A stretch of DNA of 64,000 nucleotides from Chloroflexota bacterium (GTDB lineage Bacteria; Chloroflexota; UBA6077; FW602-bin22). The stretch covers positions 20,608 through 84,607 of the forward strand of contig VGOZ01000002.1 of assembly GCA_016875715.1 (NCBI GenBank), written 5' to 3'. Every line of letters starts with the position of its first letter. Within the stretch, counting starts at the first letter, position 1. The notes under the pieces were generated by a model, which worked only from the letters and a program-made list of their open reading frames with translations, was not told the DNA's origin and made no database searches. Of this stretch, positions 9,996 to 19,817 are shown piece after piece. Both the position numbers and the translations under genes were made by a program.

Positions 9996-10031
9996 GGGGA
10001 CGGATCGCGCCGCCTGGCGCGAACCGTCCCC
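9996..10031. terminator. GC-rich hairpin between convergent genes
   Basis: GGGGACGG-A-TCGCGCC loop GGCGCGA-A-CCGTCCCC; no U tract. Confidence 0.45.
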
Positions 10032-10048
10032 CGGGCCGTCGTGGGTGA

Positions 10049-11164
10049 CTACGAGTAGACGAGGACCGATCGGGCGACCTCGCCGCGATCGAGCAGGTCG
10101 AACGCATGGTTGATGTCGTCGAGGCCGAGCCGGCGCGAGACCAGCTCGCGCAGCTTCACCTTCCCGCCCATGAACAGGTCGACGATCATTGGCAGGTCGA
10201 CTCGCTGGCGTGAGCCGCCGAACGAGCTGCCGGAGAGCACTCGCTCCTGGACGAGCAGCGAGGGGTCGATCGTGATCTTCGAACCGTGGGGTGACACGCC
10301 GATGACGTACGCCTCGCCGCCGCGGTGGAGACAATCGAGCATGGTCTCGATGACGCGCGGCGCGCCGATTGCCTCGAAGGCGTAGTCGGCGCCGAAACCG
10401 CCGGTAATCTCGCTCACCCGGCGCACCGGGTCCTCGGTGGACGCATTCACCTGATGGGTTGCCCCGAACTCCTCGGCCAGCCCCAGCTTGTACGGCAGGC
10501 GATCGACAGCGATGATCCGTCCTGCTCCGGCGAGTTCGGCGGCCTGGATAACATTGAGGCCGACGCCGCCGCAGCCGAAGACGACCACCGTCGATCCCGG
10601 TTTCACCTTCGCGCGGTTGAGGACAGCGCCCATTCCTGCCGTAACGCCGCAACTCACCAGGCAGATCACGTCCAGCGGCGCGTCCTTGCGGATGGGGATG
10701 ACACCTTCCTGCAGGAGTACCGCACGGGTGGAGAAGGAGGAGACCTGGAGGAAGTGGTTCACCGCCGAGCCGTCGCGACGGCGGATGCGACTTGTCCCGT
10801 CGAGCATCAGATGGCGCGGCCGATCGCGCAGCGCGCACAGGTTCGGCCGCCCGATCGAGCAGTAGTGGCAGGTCCCGCAACTGGGGATATAGCTCGTCAG
10901 CACATGGTCGCCGACGGCACAGGTCGTCACCCCGGGCCCGACCGCCTCGACGACGCCCGCGCCTTCGTGCCCGAGAACGACGGGCAAATCGTGCCGCATG
11001 TCGCCGGTGATCACGTGCAGGTCGCTGTGGCACACCCCGCTGGCGACATAGCGGACCTGCACCTCGCCCGGGCCGGGCGGTAGCACGGCGATCTCCTCGA
11101 TGGACAGGGGCGCCTTGACCCGATCGAGAATCGCCGCCCGTCCGGAATACTCTGGCACGGTCAT
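10049..11164 (-). CDS. Zn-dependent alcohol dehydrogenase (class III-like)
   Basis: GVCHSDLH, LGHEGAG, CGTCHYC...NLC, VFGCGGVG. Confidence 0.93.
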   Translation of the reverse strand: MTVPEYSGRAAILDRVKAPLSIEEIAVLPPGPGEVQVRYVASGVCHSDLHVITGDMRHDLPVVLGHEGAGVVEAVGPGVTTCAVGDHVLTSYIPSCGTCHYCSIGRPNLCALRDRPRHLMLDGTSRIRRRDGSAVNHFLQVSSFSTRAVLLQEGVIPIRKDAPLDVICLVSCGVTAGMGAVLNRAKVKPGSTVVVFGCGGVGLNVIQAAELAGAGRIIAVDRLPYKLGLAEEFGATHQVNASTEDPVRRVSEITGGFGADYAFEAIGAPRVIETMLDCLHRGGEAYVIGVSPHGSKITIDPSLLVQERVLSGSSFGGSRQRVDLPMIVDLFMGGKVKLRELVSRRLGLDDINHAFDLLDRGEVARSVLVYS

Positions 11165-11268
11165 CTCTCCTGACGCGGATGTGGCCGCAGAATAGACGAG
11201 CCAGGGGTGCGGCGGGGCCGGACGACAACGCCGTAGGGGCGCTGCGTGCGCGCGACTACCATGCTCCC

Positions 11269-13632
11269 ATGTCCGGGCCCGATGCGCTCGCCCGCCTCTA
11301 CGCCGCAACCGCCTCGCTGGCGAGAGGTAGCACCGACGAGCGGGAGGTGCTCGGACAGATCGCCCGCTCGGCGGCGGAACTGCTGCGCGCGCCCTACGCA
11401 GCGGTCGGGATCGTCGACGATCACGGTGACCTGCGCGAGTTCGTCGTCCACGGCCTGACCGACGATGAGTACGCGCGCCTCAAGGATCACCCACCGATCG
11501 GGCGCGGCATCCTCGGCGCGCTTCTCCGCGAGGGTAGACCCCTCCGCCTCGACGATCTGACCCGCGATCCTCTCGCGGCCGGCTTCCCGATCCATCACCC
11601 GCCGATGCGCGCGTTCCTCGGCCTGCCCCTCCATCTCGACGGCCGGGTCATCGGCCGCCTCTATGCGACGCATGCGCGTGCGGGTGTCTTCGACGAGGAC
11701 GACGAACGCCTGGCGATGGGCTTCGCCGCCGCAGCCAGCGTCGCGATCGGCAACGCACGGCTCGCCACCTCGCTCCGCGCCCAGACCGACGCCGCGGTGC
11801 TGGCCTCCAGCCAGTTGTGGGCCGTGCTCGATGCCCTCGAACAGGGCGTCATCGTCACCGATCCCGCGGGCACGATCGTCGTCGTCGGCGACCGCATCGC
11901 CGGACTCGTCGGGGCCTCCTCCCCGCTCGCTGGCCAGAACGAGGAGGTGCTCGCGACGCTTCTCGCCGCGCCAGATGTCCTGCTCTCGGCGATCGCGCTC
12001 GAGCGCGCTCAGCCCCGCATCACCGATTCGGACGAACTCACTCTCCAGGCGTTTGACCGCACGCTGCGCCGCTACAGCGCGCCGGTGCTCGCGGTGGACG
12101 ACACCCTCCTCGGCCGCGTTTCGGTGTATGCCGACGTGTCGCGCGAGAGGATCATCCAGGAGCAGATTGTCTCGGTGGAACGGCTGCGCGCGACCGGCGA
12201 GATGGCCTCTGGTCTGGCCCACGATTTCAACAACGTCCTGGCGACGATCCTCGGCCGAGTCGAGCTCCTCCTCGGCCAGGTCACCGACGCCACGCTCATC
12301 GAGAACCTCGCCGCCGTCCAACGCGCGGCGCGCGACGGCGCGGCGACGGTCGCGCGGATGAGGGAGTACGGCCGCCCGCTCGATCAGGCGACATTCCAGC
12401 CGTTCGCCCTGGCCACAGTCATCGCCGAGGCGATCGAGTTCACGCGGCCGCGCTGGCGCGAGCAGGCGGTGCGCGAGGGCCGGACGATCGAAATCGAGAC
12501 CCATCTGACGCCCACGCGCCCGGCGCTGGGCGAGGCGCCCGCGTTTCGCGATGTGCTCGTCAACCTGATCTTCAACGCGGTGGATGCGATGCCCCACGGC
12601 GGCACCATCGCGATCGGCCTGGCGCCAGCCGGCGGCGGCGCGGAACTGACCATCCGCGATACGGGCATGGGGATGACGCCGGCGCTGCAGCGGCGGATCT
12701 TCGAACCGTTCTTCACCACGAAGGGGGAGCGCGGCTCGGGCCTCGGACTGGCGATGGTGCGCAAGGTGATCGCCTCGCTCGGCGGCCACATCGACGTCAC
12801 CAGCGCCCCGGGCGATGGCACGACCTTCACCATCTGGCTGCCGGCGACGGATCGTCCCGCCCCGACGACGGCGGCCCAGAGCACCGCCGATCAGCGACCC
12901 CGCCGACTCGGGCGTATCGTCCTGATCGATGATCAGACGGACGTGCGGGACACCGAGGCGATGCTCCTGCGCGCCGAAGGACACGACCTGCGCGCGTTCA
13001 GCGATCCTGCCGTAGCGCTCGGCGCGATCGATGAGGACCCGCCCGACCTCGTTATCACGGACCTGGGAATGCCTGGTTTGACGGGGTGGGACGTGGCGCG
13101 GGCGCTCCAGGCGCGCCATCCTGCCCTGCCGGTTATCTTCCTCACGGGATGGGGACGCGAGTTGACGGCGGCGCAATTGCGCGAGGGCGGGGTGAGCGGC
13201 GTCATCCCCAAGCCAATGGATCTCTCCGAGGCGCGAAGGGCGATCGACGCGGCGTTGCCGCACGGCGATCAACCGCTCCGGGTCCTCATCGCGGACGATT
13301 CGGCGGCGTTCGCTGCGGTCCTCGCCCTGCTCTTCCGCCAGGCCGGGCACCACGCTCGGACAGCCGCGACCGCGGACGCGGCGCTCGGGATTCTCGCCAC
13401 CGACCGCCACGACCTGATCGTGCTGGATGCCAATCTCCCCGCAGCGCTCGATCTCGCGCGCAAGCCGCACGCCGGCGCGCCTCTCCTCTGCGTAGCAAGC
13501 GGGAGCCCCGAGGGAGAGATGACCGATCTTGTGCCCGGAGCGGCCCTCTACGTCGAGAAAGTGCGCGTCCCGGAGCGTCTGGACGAGATCGTGCGACGGA
13601 CCCGTGAGCGCGAGGTGGCGGCACATGTCTGA
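11269..13632 (+). CDS. Hybrid sensor kinase: DosS-like GAF, PAS-like, HisKA, HATPase, REC, REC
   Basis: GRGILG...PLRLDDL..DP..AGFPIHHPPMRAFLGLP; LAHDFNNVL; NLIFNAVDAM, DTGMG, FEPFFTTK, GLGL; two receiver domains. Confidence 0.9.
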   Translation: MSGPDALARLYAATASLARGSTDEREVLGQIARSAAELLRAPYAAVGIVDDHGDLREFVVHGLTDDEYARLKDHPPIGRGILGALLREGRPLRLDDLTRDPLAAGFPIHHPPMRAFLGLPLHLDGRVIGRLYATHARAGVFDEDDERLAMGFAAAASVAIGNARLATSLRAQTDAAVLASSQLWAVLDALEQGVIVTDPAGTIVVVGDRIAGLVGASSPLAGQNEEVLATLLAAPDVLLSAIALERAQPRITDSDELTLQAFDRTLRRYSAPVLAVDDTLLGRVSVYADVSRERIIQEQIVSVERLRATGEMASGLAHDFNNVLATILGRVELLLGQVTDATLIENLAAVQRAARDGAATVARMREYGRPLDQATFQPFALATVIAEAIEFTRPRWREQAVREGRTIEIETHLTPTRPALGEAPAFRDVLVNLIFNAVDAMPHGGTIAIGLAPAGGGAELTIRDTGMGMTPALQRRIFEPFFTTKGERGSGLGLAMVRKVIASLGGHIDVTSAPGDGTTFTIWLPATDRPAPTTAAQSTADQRPRRLGRIVLIDDQTDVRDTEAMLLRAEGHDLRAFSDPAVALGAIDEDPPDLVITDLGMPGLTGWDVARALQARHPALPVIFLTGWGRELTAAQLREGGVSGVIPKPMDLSEARRAIDAALPHGDQPLRVLIADDSAAFAAVLALLFRQAGHHARTAATADAALGILATDRHDLIVLDANLPAALDLARKPHAGAPLLCVASGSPEGEMTDLVPGAALYVEKVRVPERLDEIVRRTREREVAAHV

Positions 13633-13864
13633 GATCCCTGCCGCCGACCTGCGCGCACTCCTGCACGACCTGCACAGTACTGCGGCGCAGGACGCCGCGA
13701 CCGCGCGGATCGCCCTCACGATCTGGCGCCAGGCGCGCGACCGGGGCAATGACGCGCTGGCGAAGACCGCGGCTGCGGATATCGAAGCCGCGCTCGAGAG
13801 CTTGTTCATTGCGCTGGCGCGAATCGAGGCGCGCGGCAAGGAGATCCTTCGTGACCGAGCCTGA
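13625..13864 (+). CDS. 79-aa stand-alone HisKA_3/DHp-like helical protein
   Basis: LLHDLHSTAAQDAATARIAL resembles the HisKA_3 H-box; GAGG RBS; start overlaps the kinase 3' end. Confidence 0.6.
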   Translation: MSEIPAADLRALLHDLHSTAAQDAATARIALTIWRQARDRGNDALAKTAAADIEAALESLFIALARIEARGKEILRDRA

Positions 13865-13928
13865 AGCGGCTTCGTCGGCCGCGCGTCTCGGAGCCTGAAG
13901 ACGAGGCGTACAGGGTACTCCGATCGTT

Positions 13929-13946
13929 TTAGGGGGTATACCCTGA
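13929..13946. promoter_or_regulatory. Putative NarL/LuxR-type response regulator site TTAGGGGGTATACCCTGA
   Basis: Imperfect palindrome 75 bp upstream of doxX; similar copies occur upstream of several other genes. Confidence 0.5.
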
Positions 13947-14021
13947 GGAAGAGTGGTCGGTCGATGAGGATCATCAGGGCATCGGTCGAGGCGAGATCTC
14001 TCAGGAGGAGGCAATACTCAG

Positions 14022-14621
14022 ATGGCACAGTTCTCGTCGCTTCTTCGCGGTGGCGTCCACGTCGAGGATCCGCCGATCGCGAAGTTCCTGTTCAACAGTT
14101 CGGTCGCGGCCTGGCTCTGGCTGGTGGTGCGCGTGTACTTGGGCTACCAATGGCTCGACGCAGGGCTCCACAAGGTCGGCGAGCCGGCCTGGGCGTTCGG
14201 CGGCGGTTCGGCGATCCTCGGCTACTGGCAGCGCGCGGTGGCGATCCCCGCGCCGCCGGCACGGCCGCTGATCACCTACGACTGGTTCCGCGCGTTCCTG
14301 CAGTGGCTCATCGATATCCAGGCACAGACCTGGTTCGGCGGCCTGATCGCATGGGGTGAGGTGCTCGTCGGCGTGGGCCTCATCGTGGGTGCGCTGGTCG
14401 GCATCGCGGCATTCTTTGGCGCGCTTATGAACATGAACTTCATGCTCGCCGGCACCACGAGCAGCAACCCGGTTCTGTTCCTCCTCGCGGTCGGCCTGAT
14501 GCTTGCCTGGAAGAACGCGGGTCTCATCGGCCTGGACCGGCTCCTGCTCCCGATGCTGGGCACGCCGTGGCCTTCCCAGGAGCAGGCCGCCGCGCTGAGG
14601 TCGGCGACCATCCACGCCTAA
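14022..14621 (+). CDS. DoxX/DoxD family membrane protein (TQO large subunit-like)
   Basis: VRVYLGYQWLDAGLHK, LIAWGEVLVGVGL, MNMNFMLAGTTSSNP, GLIGLDR; AGGAGG RBS. Confidence 0.88.
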   Translation: MAQFSSLLRGGVHVEDPPIAKFLFNSSVAAWLWLVVRVYLGYQWLDAGLHKVGEPAWAFGGGSAILGYWQRAVAIPAPPARPLITYDWFRAFLQWLIDIQAQTWFGGLIAWGEVLVGVGLIVGALVGIAAFFGALMNMNFMLAGTTSSNPVLFLLAVGLMLAWKNAGLIGLDRLLLPMLGTPWPSQEQAAALRSATIHA

Positions 14622-14643
14622 CCGTTCCGCGCTCGCCTCGAAT

Positions 14644-14678
14644 GGCCGGGGTCCCCATCGGGGACCCCGGCCTCTTGC
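14644..14678 (+). terminator. Intrinsic terminator-like hairpin
   Basis: Perfect 13-bp stem GGCCGGGGTCCCC/GGGGACCCCGGCC then TCTTG, 22 bp after the doxX stop. Confidence 0.7.
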
Positions 14679-14920
14679 TCTGGAATCGGCAGCTCTCGGT
14701 CTCCGGCTGGAGTCACCGAACGCGAACGCGATAGCCAGTCCGCCCAACCGCCCGGAGCGGGCGCCAGGATCGGACGCACGGCGAGGGACCCACCCGGCGC
14801 CGTTCGGGGACCCCGCTGGCCGACGCACCGCTCGTGGTGCCGAAGTGTCGACCTTCGCCCGCCGCAGTGGGAGGGATGGAGCGACGCGGAGGTGAGGGCC
14901 GCCCTCAGCCGCCGGCGGAC

Positions 14921-14936
14921 TCGGGTTTTCCCCTGA
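14921..14936. promoter_or_regulatory. Putative response regulator site TCGGGTTTTCCCCTGA upstream of nirK
   Basis: Imperfect palindrome about 100 bp upstream of the start. Confidence 0.5.
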
Positions 14937-15038
14937 TGGCGCGTCCCCTGAATTCCCGTACCGTCCTCGACACGATCCACAGACAGATGTGAGGTCGCAG
15001 GCGTCCCAGGACGCACACGAGGAGGTGGAGTTCTCACA

Positions 15039-16535
15039 ATGGCAACGATCACCCGTCCCCCGGTCGAGCCCGGCGCGCCCTCCGGTGGACCCGGTAAGCG
15101 AGGCGGCATCTCCGTCGGTCCGCTGCTCGCATTTGTCGGTGTCATCGCGATCCTGCTCATGGCCGCGATGGTGGCGATGAACTACATGCTCCTCAGCGGC
15201 CGGGGCGCAGCCGGGCAGGTCGCCGTGGCCGCGCCGACCACGAAGGTGGGTCCGTCGGCCATCTCAGTCGTTGCTACTGAGTTCAAGTTCACGCCTGCTG
15301 AAGTGACGATCCCCGGGCCGGGCGATCTGACGGCCACGATCGACAACAAGGGTCTCATCGAGCACGACCTGGTGATCGAGGGGATCGATGGGCGCGTGCT
15401 CGCGGCCGGTGGCGCGAAAGCCAGTGGAGTCTTCAAGCTCGCGAAGAACGGCGTCTACAACTTCATCTGCACGATCCCTGGCCACAAGGAGGCCGGTATG
15501 GTGGGTCGGCTGGTTGTGGGCACGCCGGAGCAGACCGCCGCCAAGCCAGATCAGATCGCCTATGGCCCTGGACCGGCCGCAGTGGTCCAGCCCCCCGTGA
15601 GCCTGAAGCCCGCGGACGCCGCCGCGAAGCCGCTGCCGCTCCCTCAGGTCGCAGCGCCAGTCAACCGCACCGCTCCTGCGAACGTGAACGTCACAATCGA
15701 GACGCAGGAGATCACCGCGAAACTGGCCGATGGCGTCACCTACACGCTCTGGACCTTCGGGGGCACGGTGCCGGGTCCGATGGTCCGCGTGCGCCAGGGC
15801 GATACCGTCACCATGACCCTGAAGAACAACGCCTCCAGCAAGGTGACCCACTCGATCGACTTCCACTCGGCGACCGGTCCCGGTGGCGGGGCAAAGGTGA
15901 CCCAGGTGCCGCCGGGTCAGGAGGCAACGTTCTCGTTCAAGGCTCTCAACCCCGGCGTCTACGTCTACCACTGTGCCACGCCGATGGTCGCGCATCACAT
16001 CGCGAATGGGATGTACGGCCTGATGATCGTCGAGCCGCCCGGCGGCTATCCAAAGGTCGATCGCGAGTTCTACGTGATGCAGGGTGAGTTCTACCTCGCC
16101 GGAAAGCGGGGCCAGGAGGGGCACCACGAGTTCTCGATGGAGAAGATGCTCAATGAGGAGCCGGACTACGCGCTGTTCAACGGCAGCGTCGGTGCGTTGA
16201 CCAACGGTGCGATGAAGGCGCGCGTCGGCGAGACCGTGCGTATCTTCTTCGGCGTCGGCGGGCCGAACCTCACGTCCAGTTTTCACGTCATCGGCGAGAT
16301 CTTCGATCGGGTCTATCCCGAGGGTGCGAGCGAGTTCATGACCAACGTACAGACGACGCTCGTGCCGACCGGAGGCAGCGCGGTCGTCGATTTCAAACTG
16401 GAGGTGCCCGGCAACTACGTGCTCGTCGACCACAGTCTTGGCCGCCTGGAAAAGGGTCTGGCCGGCATCCTGGAGGTCGAGGGGCCGGCGAATCCGGAGG
16501 TCTTCAACCCGATCAACCCCTTGCCGAAGCCCTGA
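15039..16535 (+). CDS. nirK: Copper-containing nitrite reductase with N-terminal membrane anchor and extra cupredoxin domain
   Basis: [43 protein letters not shown]; extra type-1 site EHDL...[11 protein letters not shown]. Confidence 0.95.
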   Translation: MATITRPPVEPGAPSGGPGKRGGISVGPLLAFVGVIAILLMAAMVAMNYMLLSGRGAAGQVAVAAPTTKVGPSAISVVATEFKFTPAEVTIPGPGDLTATIDNKGLIEHDLVIEGIDGRVLAAGGAKASGVFKLAKNGVYNFICTIPGHKEAGMVGRLVVGTPEQTAAKPDQIAYGPGPAAVVQPPVSLKPADAAAKPLPLPQVAAPVNRTAPANVNVTIETQEITAKLADGVTYTLWTFGGTVPGPMVRVRQGDTVTMTLKNNASSKVTHSIDFHSATGPGGGAKVTQVPPGQEATFSFKALNPGVYVYHCATPMVAHHIANGMYGLMIVEPPGGYPKVDREFYVMQGEFYLAGKRGQEGHHEFSMEKMLNEEPDYALFNGSVGALTNGAMKARVGETVRIFFGVGGPNLTSSFHVIGEIFDRVYPEGASEFMTNVQTTLVPTGGSAVVDFKLEVPGNYVLVDHSLGRLEKGLAGILEVEGPANPEVFNPINPLPKP

Positions 16536-16652
16536 GCCGATAAGGGCGACGACAGGGAGGTCCGTCCGGGCCTCGCGCCTATCCGGGCAAAACCCGGATG
16601 CCTGGTGGGCCCCAGCATCGTGCAATCCCGTGGAGAGGGGGGCTTGTCGCAA

Positions 16653-17027
16653 ATGATGCGCCTTGCGGCGATGGTCGTACTCGTCGCACTGCTCGCGGCC
16701 TGCGCTTCGGCGATGCCGCCATCGGCTGCCACGGCGATCCCCGACCTGACGATCACGATCCCGCCCGGCGCGGCGCTCGCCGAGATGTCCGGCGCGGTCA
16801 GCGTCGCCATGCCTTCCACGCTCCGCGTCGTCGTCGGCCAGCGCATCCTGGTGCGGAACGACGACCAGGCGATGCACTATTTCCTGGAGCGGCCGATCGC
16901 ACCCGGCGATACGCTCGTCCAGACGTTCGCCAGCGCGGGCACGTTTCGCTTCGCCGGAATGCGCAGTTGCTCCGTAGGGCAGATCTCAAGCCTGACCGTC
17001 GAGGTCCTTCCCGGAGGTGTCGCGTGA
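16653..17027 (+). CDS. Lipoprotein with degenerate cupredoxin-like fold
   Basis: Lipobox LAAC; LVRNDDQAMH, IAPGDT..TF..AGTF, single late Cys. Confidence 0.6.
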   Translation: MMRLAAMVVLVALLAACASAMPPSAATAIPDLTITIPPGAALAEMSGAVSVAMPSTLRVVVGQRILVRNDDQAMHYFLERPIAPGDTLVQTFASAGTFRFAGMRSCSVGQISSLTVEVLPGGVA

Positions 17028-18100
17028 GGACGCCGACCCTGCGCGTGCCCGACACAGCTTTCGAGTCCGACAGTCGTGCCCCGGGCCGCGCCACGAGGGT
17101 GGGGCGATGGATCGTTGCCGCCCTCGCCGCTCTGGCCGGAGCGGCGGCATTGGGCGGGCTGGCCGTCTTGCTCCAATGGGGGCCGTTCGCGCCGCCCGCG
17201 CCGTGGAATGGGGGTGCGATCGACCCGGCCCACGATGTAGGCGCTCTGACTCTCCTGCGCGCCGATGGCGTTCCTTTTCGGGAGACCGACCTGATCGGCC
17301 GGACGACGCTGTTCTTCTTCGGCTACACCCGCTGCCCGGATGTCTGTCCGCTGGCACTGGCGCACGCCGCGCAGGTGGTGCGCGCGATGGGCGCGGATGG
17401 TGTGGGGCTGGACGTGTACTTTGTGACCGTCGATCCGGAGCGCGATACACCAGACCACCTGCGTGCCTATACCGCCAACTTCGGGCCTCGGGTCGTCGGA
17501 CTCACGGGCACTGCCAGCCAGTTGGCCGCGGCCTACCGCGCCTTCGGCGTCGTGTCGGCAAGACGCCCGATCGAAGGACGTGCGGATGACTACTCGGTGG
17601 ATCACAGCACGTACGTCTACCTTCTCGATGCGACGGCGCGCGTTCGCCTGATCTACGGATTCGATCAGAATCCCGCCGGATTGGCGGAGGACGCGCGCCG
17701 GCTGATGCGCGAGCAGGTCGTCCGCGTGACGGGTGGGTGGACGCGAGCGGTCGCCCCGGGGATGACCGCCGGTGGCTTTCTCTTGATAGAAAACCGCGGC
17801 GCGGCCGATCGCCTCATCGGAGCGCGTTCCGACGTCGCGGACCGGGTGGAGATTCACCGTACGACGATCGAGAACGGGATGGCGCGGATGGAAAAGGTGT
17901 CCGTACTGCCATTGCCGTTCGGTTCCACCCGCCTCGAGCCGGGCGGCCTGCACCTGATGCTCGTGGATGTGCGCCGTGCGCTGGCCGCCGACGAACGGAT
18001 CGCGGTGACGCTCACTTTCGAGAACGCGGGAGAACTGCCGGCGGTGCTCGTCGTGCTGCCAGCGGGCGCCGCGATGCCGCCGGCGGGGACGGGGCGATGA
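17024..18100 (+). CDS. SCO family protein fused to PCuAC copper chaperone
   Basis: FFGYTRCPDVCP, VTVDPERDT, VDHS; then ADRLIGA.SDVA..VEIH-x10-M...EPGGLHLML; GTGA overlap with upstream gene. Confidence 0.88.
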   Translation: MRTPTLRVPDTAFESDSRAPGRATRVGRWIVAALAALAGAAALGGLAVLLQWGPFAPPAPWNGGAIDPAHDVGALTLLRADGVPFRETDLIGRTTLFFFGYTRCPDVCPLALAHAAQVVRAMGADGVGLDVYFVTVDPERDTPDHLRAYTANFGPRVVGLTGTASQLAAAYRAFGVVSARRPIEGRADDYSVDHSTYVYLLDATARVRLIYGFDQNPAGLAEDARRLMREQVVRVTGGWTRAVAPGMTAGGFLLIENRGAADRLIGARSDVADRVEIHRTTIENGMARMEKVSVLPLPFGSTRLEPGGLHLMLVDVRRALAADERIAVTLTFENAGELPAVLVVLPAGAAMPPAGTGR

Positions 18101-18245
18101 GGGTTCCCACACTCCTCCGGGCGCCGGTGTCCCCCGAGCGCCGCCATCCGGGTAAAGCCCCGACGCCGCGCGCCAGGTGCCTCGCGATGATGCGACCGAC
18201 AGGAGTTGCGCGCCGCGAGCGCTCGATCCCAACGGAGGTGCGAAG

Positions 18246-19166
18246 GTGATCCAGGATAGCCGGCACACCATCATCGTCCCGCTCGACGGATCAGACCTGG
18301 CTGAGCACGCATTGGGCGCAGCGCTGCGTCTGGCCCCTCCCATGCGTGCGGCGCTGCTACTGCTCCGCGTCGTGCCCGAGTTTCCGCCCGACGAGCGCGT
18401 GCGTCAGGCAGCATCGGTCGAGGCCGGCGACGCCTACCTCGCGCCGCTCGCTGAGCGGGTCCACGAGTTAGGGCTGCCCGTGCAGATCGTCACCTGCGCG
18501 GGAAACGCGTGGGAGAAGATCGTCGAGAACGCGATCGCCTGGCACGCCTCCCTCATCGTGATGGGAACGCACGGTCGGGGCGCGGTCGACCGCCTGCTCC
18601 ACGGTTCGGTCGCTGATGCGGTCGTGCGTCACTCCGCGATCCCCGTGCTGCTGGTGCCGGCGCGCGCGGAGCATCACGCCACACTGGACGGCGATTGCGT
18701 GCTCGTGACCGTGGATGGGTCGGCATTCGCCGAACGCGCCCTGAGCGTTGGGGCTGAGATCGCGCGGGAACTGACCGCGCCGCTCTTCATCCTGCGGGCG
18801 TCGTTCTGGGATCCAACGCCGACCAACGGCCTGGCTCCCTCGATGAGCGCGATCGATCTGATGGAGCAGGAATCGAAAGAGTACGTCGAACGGCTCGTCG
18901 ACGAAGTGCGCCGCGCGGGTATCGATGCCCGCGGCCGCTCGATCTTCTCACCGGCGGCCCGCGCGATCGTCGAGATGGCCGAGGAAGCAAACGCGGCGCT
19001 CATCGTGATGGCGACGCACGGCCGCAGTGGTCTCAGTCGCCTGACGATGGGCTCGATCGCCACCGAGGTCGTCACCCACGCGCGCCGCCCGGTACTGCTC
19101 GTGCGGGCGCAGGCCGCCGTCAACCCGATGCCCATCGTCGCCGGTCCCGCCGTGTCAATTCGGTAG
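18246..19166 (+). CDS. Universal stress protein (tandem USP domains)
   Basis: IIVPLDGS...LIVMGTHGRG...GSVADAV; second domain LIVMATHGRSG...GSIATEV. Confidence 0.93.
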   Translation: MIQDSRHTIIVPLDGSDLAEHALGAALRLAPPMRAALLLLRVVPEFPPDERVRQAASVEAGDAYLAPLAERVHELGLPVQIVTCAGNAWEKIVENAIAWHASLIVMGTHGRGAVDRLLHGSVADAVVRHSAIPVLLVPARAEHHATLDGDCVLVTVDGSAFAERALSVGAEIARELTAPLFILRASFWDPTPTNGLAPSMSAIDLMEQESKEYVERLVDEVRRAGIDARGRSIFSPAARAIVEMAEEANAALIVMATHGRSGLSRLTMGSIATEVVTHARRPVLLVRAQAAVNPMPIVAGPAVSIR

Positions 19167-19172
19167 TCGGGG

Positions 19173-19817
19173 ATGACACGCGTCTTCCTCTGTGACGACC
19201 ACGTTCTTCTGCGTGCCGGGCTCCGGGCGCTGCTCGCATCGGAGCCCGGCCTGGAGATCGTGGGCGAGGCCGGCGATGGTGAATCGGCGCTCGAACAGAT
19301 CGCTGTCCTGCGGCCGGATGTGGCACTGATCGACATCACCATGCCGGGCATCGATGGGCTCGAGACCACGAGGAGGCTCTCGGCCCGGGCGCCGGATGTC
19401 CGCACGCTCATCCTCACCATGCACGATGACCCGGAGTATCTGTACCAGGCACTCGACGCCGGTGCAGCCGGTTACGTGATGAAGAAGGCCGCCGAGCGCG
19501 ACCTCATTGAGGCGATCCATAGAGTGCAGACCGACGGCACATTCCTCGCTCCGGCCGTGCATAGAAAGCTCGCCGCCGACTACATCGCGCGGCGCGACCG
19601 AGGCGAACTGGTTGGCCCGGTCGAGCACTTGACCCCGCGGGAGGAGGAGGTCCTTCGTCTCCTCGCCCAGGGGTACACAAACATGGAGATCGGCGAGACC
19701 CTTGTGATCAGCGTCAAGACCGTGGAGACGCACCGAGCCCATATCCTGGACAAGCTTGGCCTGCGAAAGCGGGCGGAGCTTGTGCGCTACGCCAGGACGC
19801 ACGGCCTGCTTGCCTGA
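19173..19817 (+). CDS. NarL/NreC family response regulator (REC + LuxR HTH)
   Basis: LCDDH, IDITMP, LTMH, YVMK; LTPREEEVL...ISVKTVETHRAHILDKL. Confidence 0.95.
   Translation: MTRVFLCDDHVLLRAGLRALLASEPGLEIVGEAGDGESALEQIAVLRPDVALIDITMPGIDGLETTRRLSARAPDVRTLILTMHDDPEYLYQALDAGAAGYVMKKAAERDLIEAIHRVQTDGTFLAPAVHRKLAADYIARRDRGELVGPVEHLTPREEEVLRLLAQGYTNMEIGETLVISVKTVETHRAHILDKLGLRKRAELVRYARTHGLLA

Noticed and set aside
11161-14028. 955-aa minus-strand ORF and similar long antisense ORFs (29850-31616, 43494-45104, 15264-16877)
   Set aside because: Shadow ORFs opposite well-supported genes, expected in high-GC DNA; no motifs.
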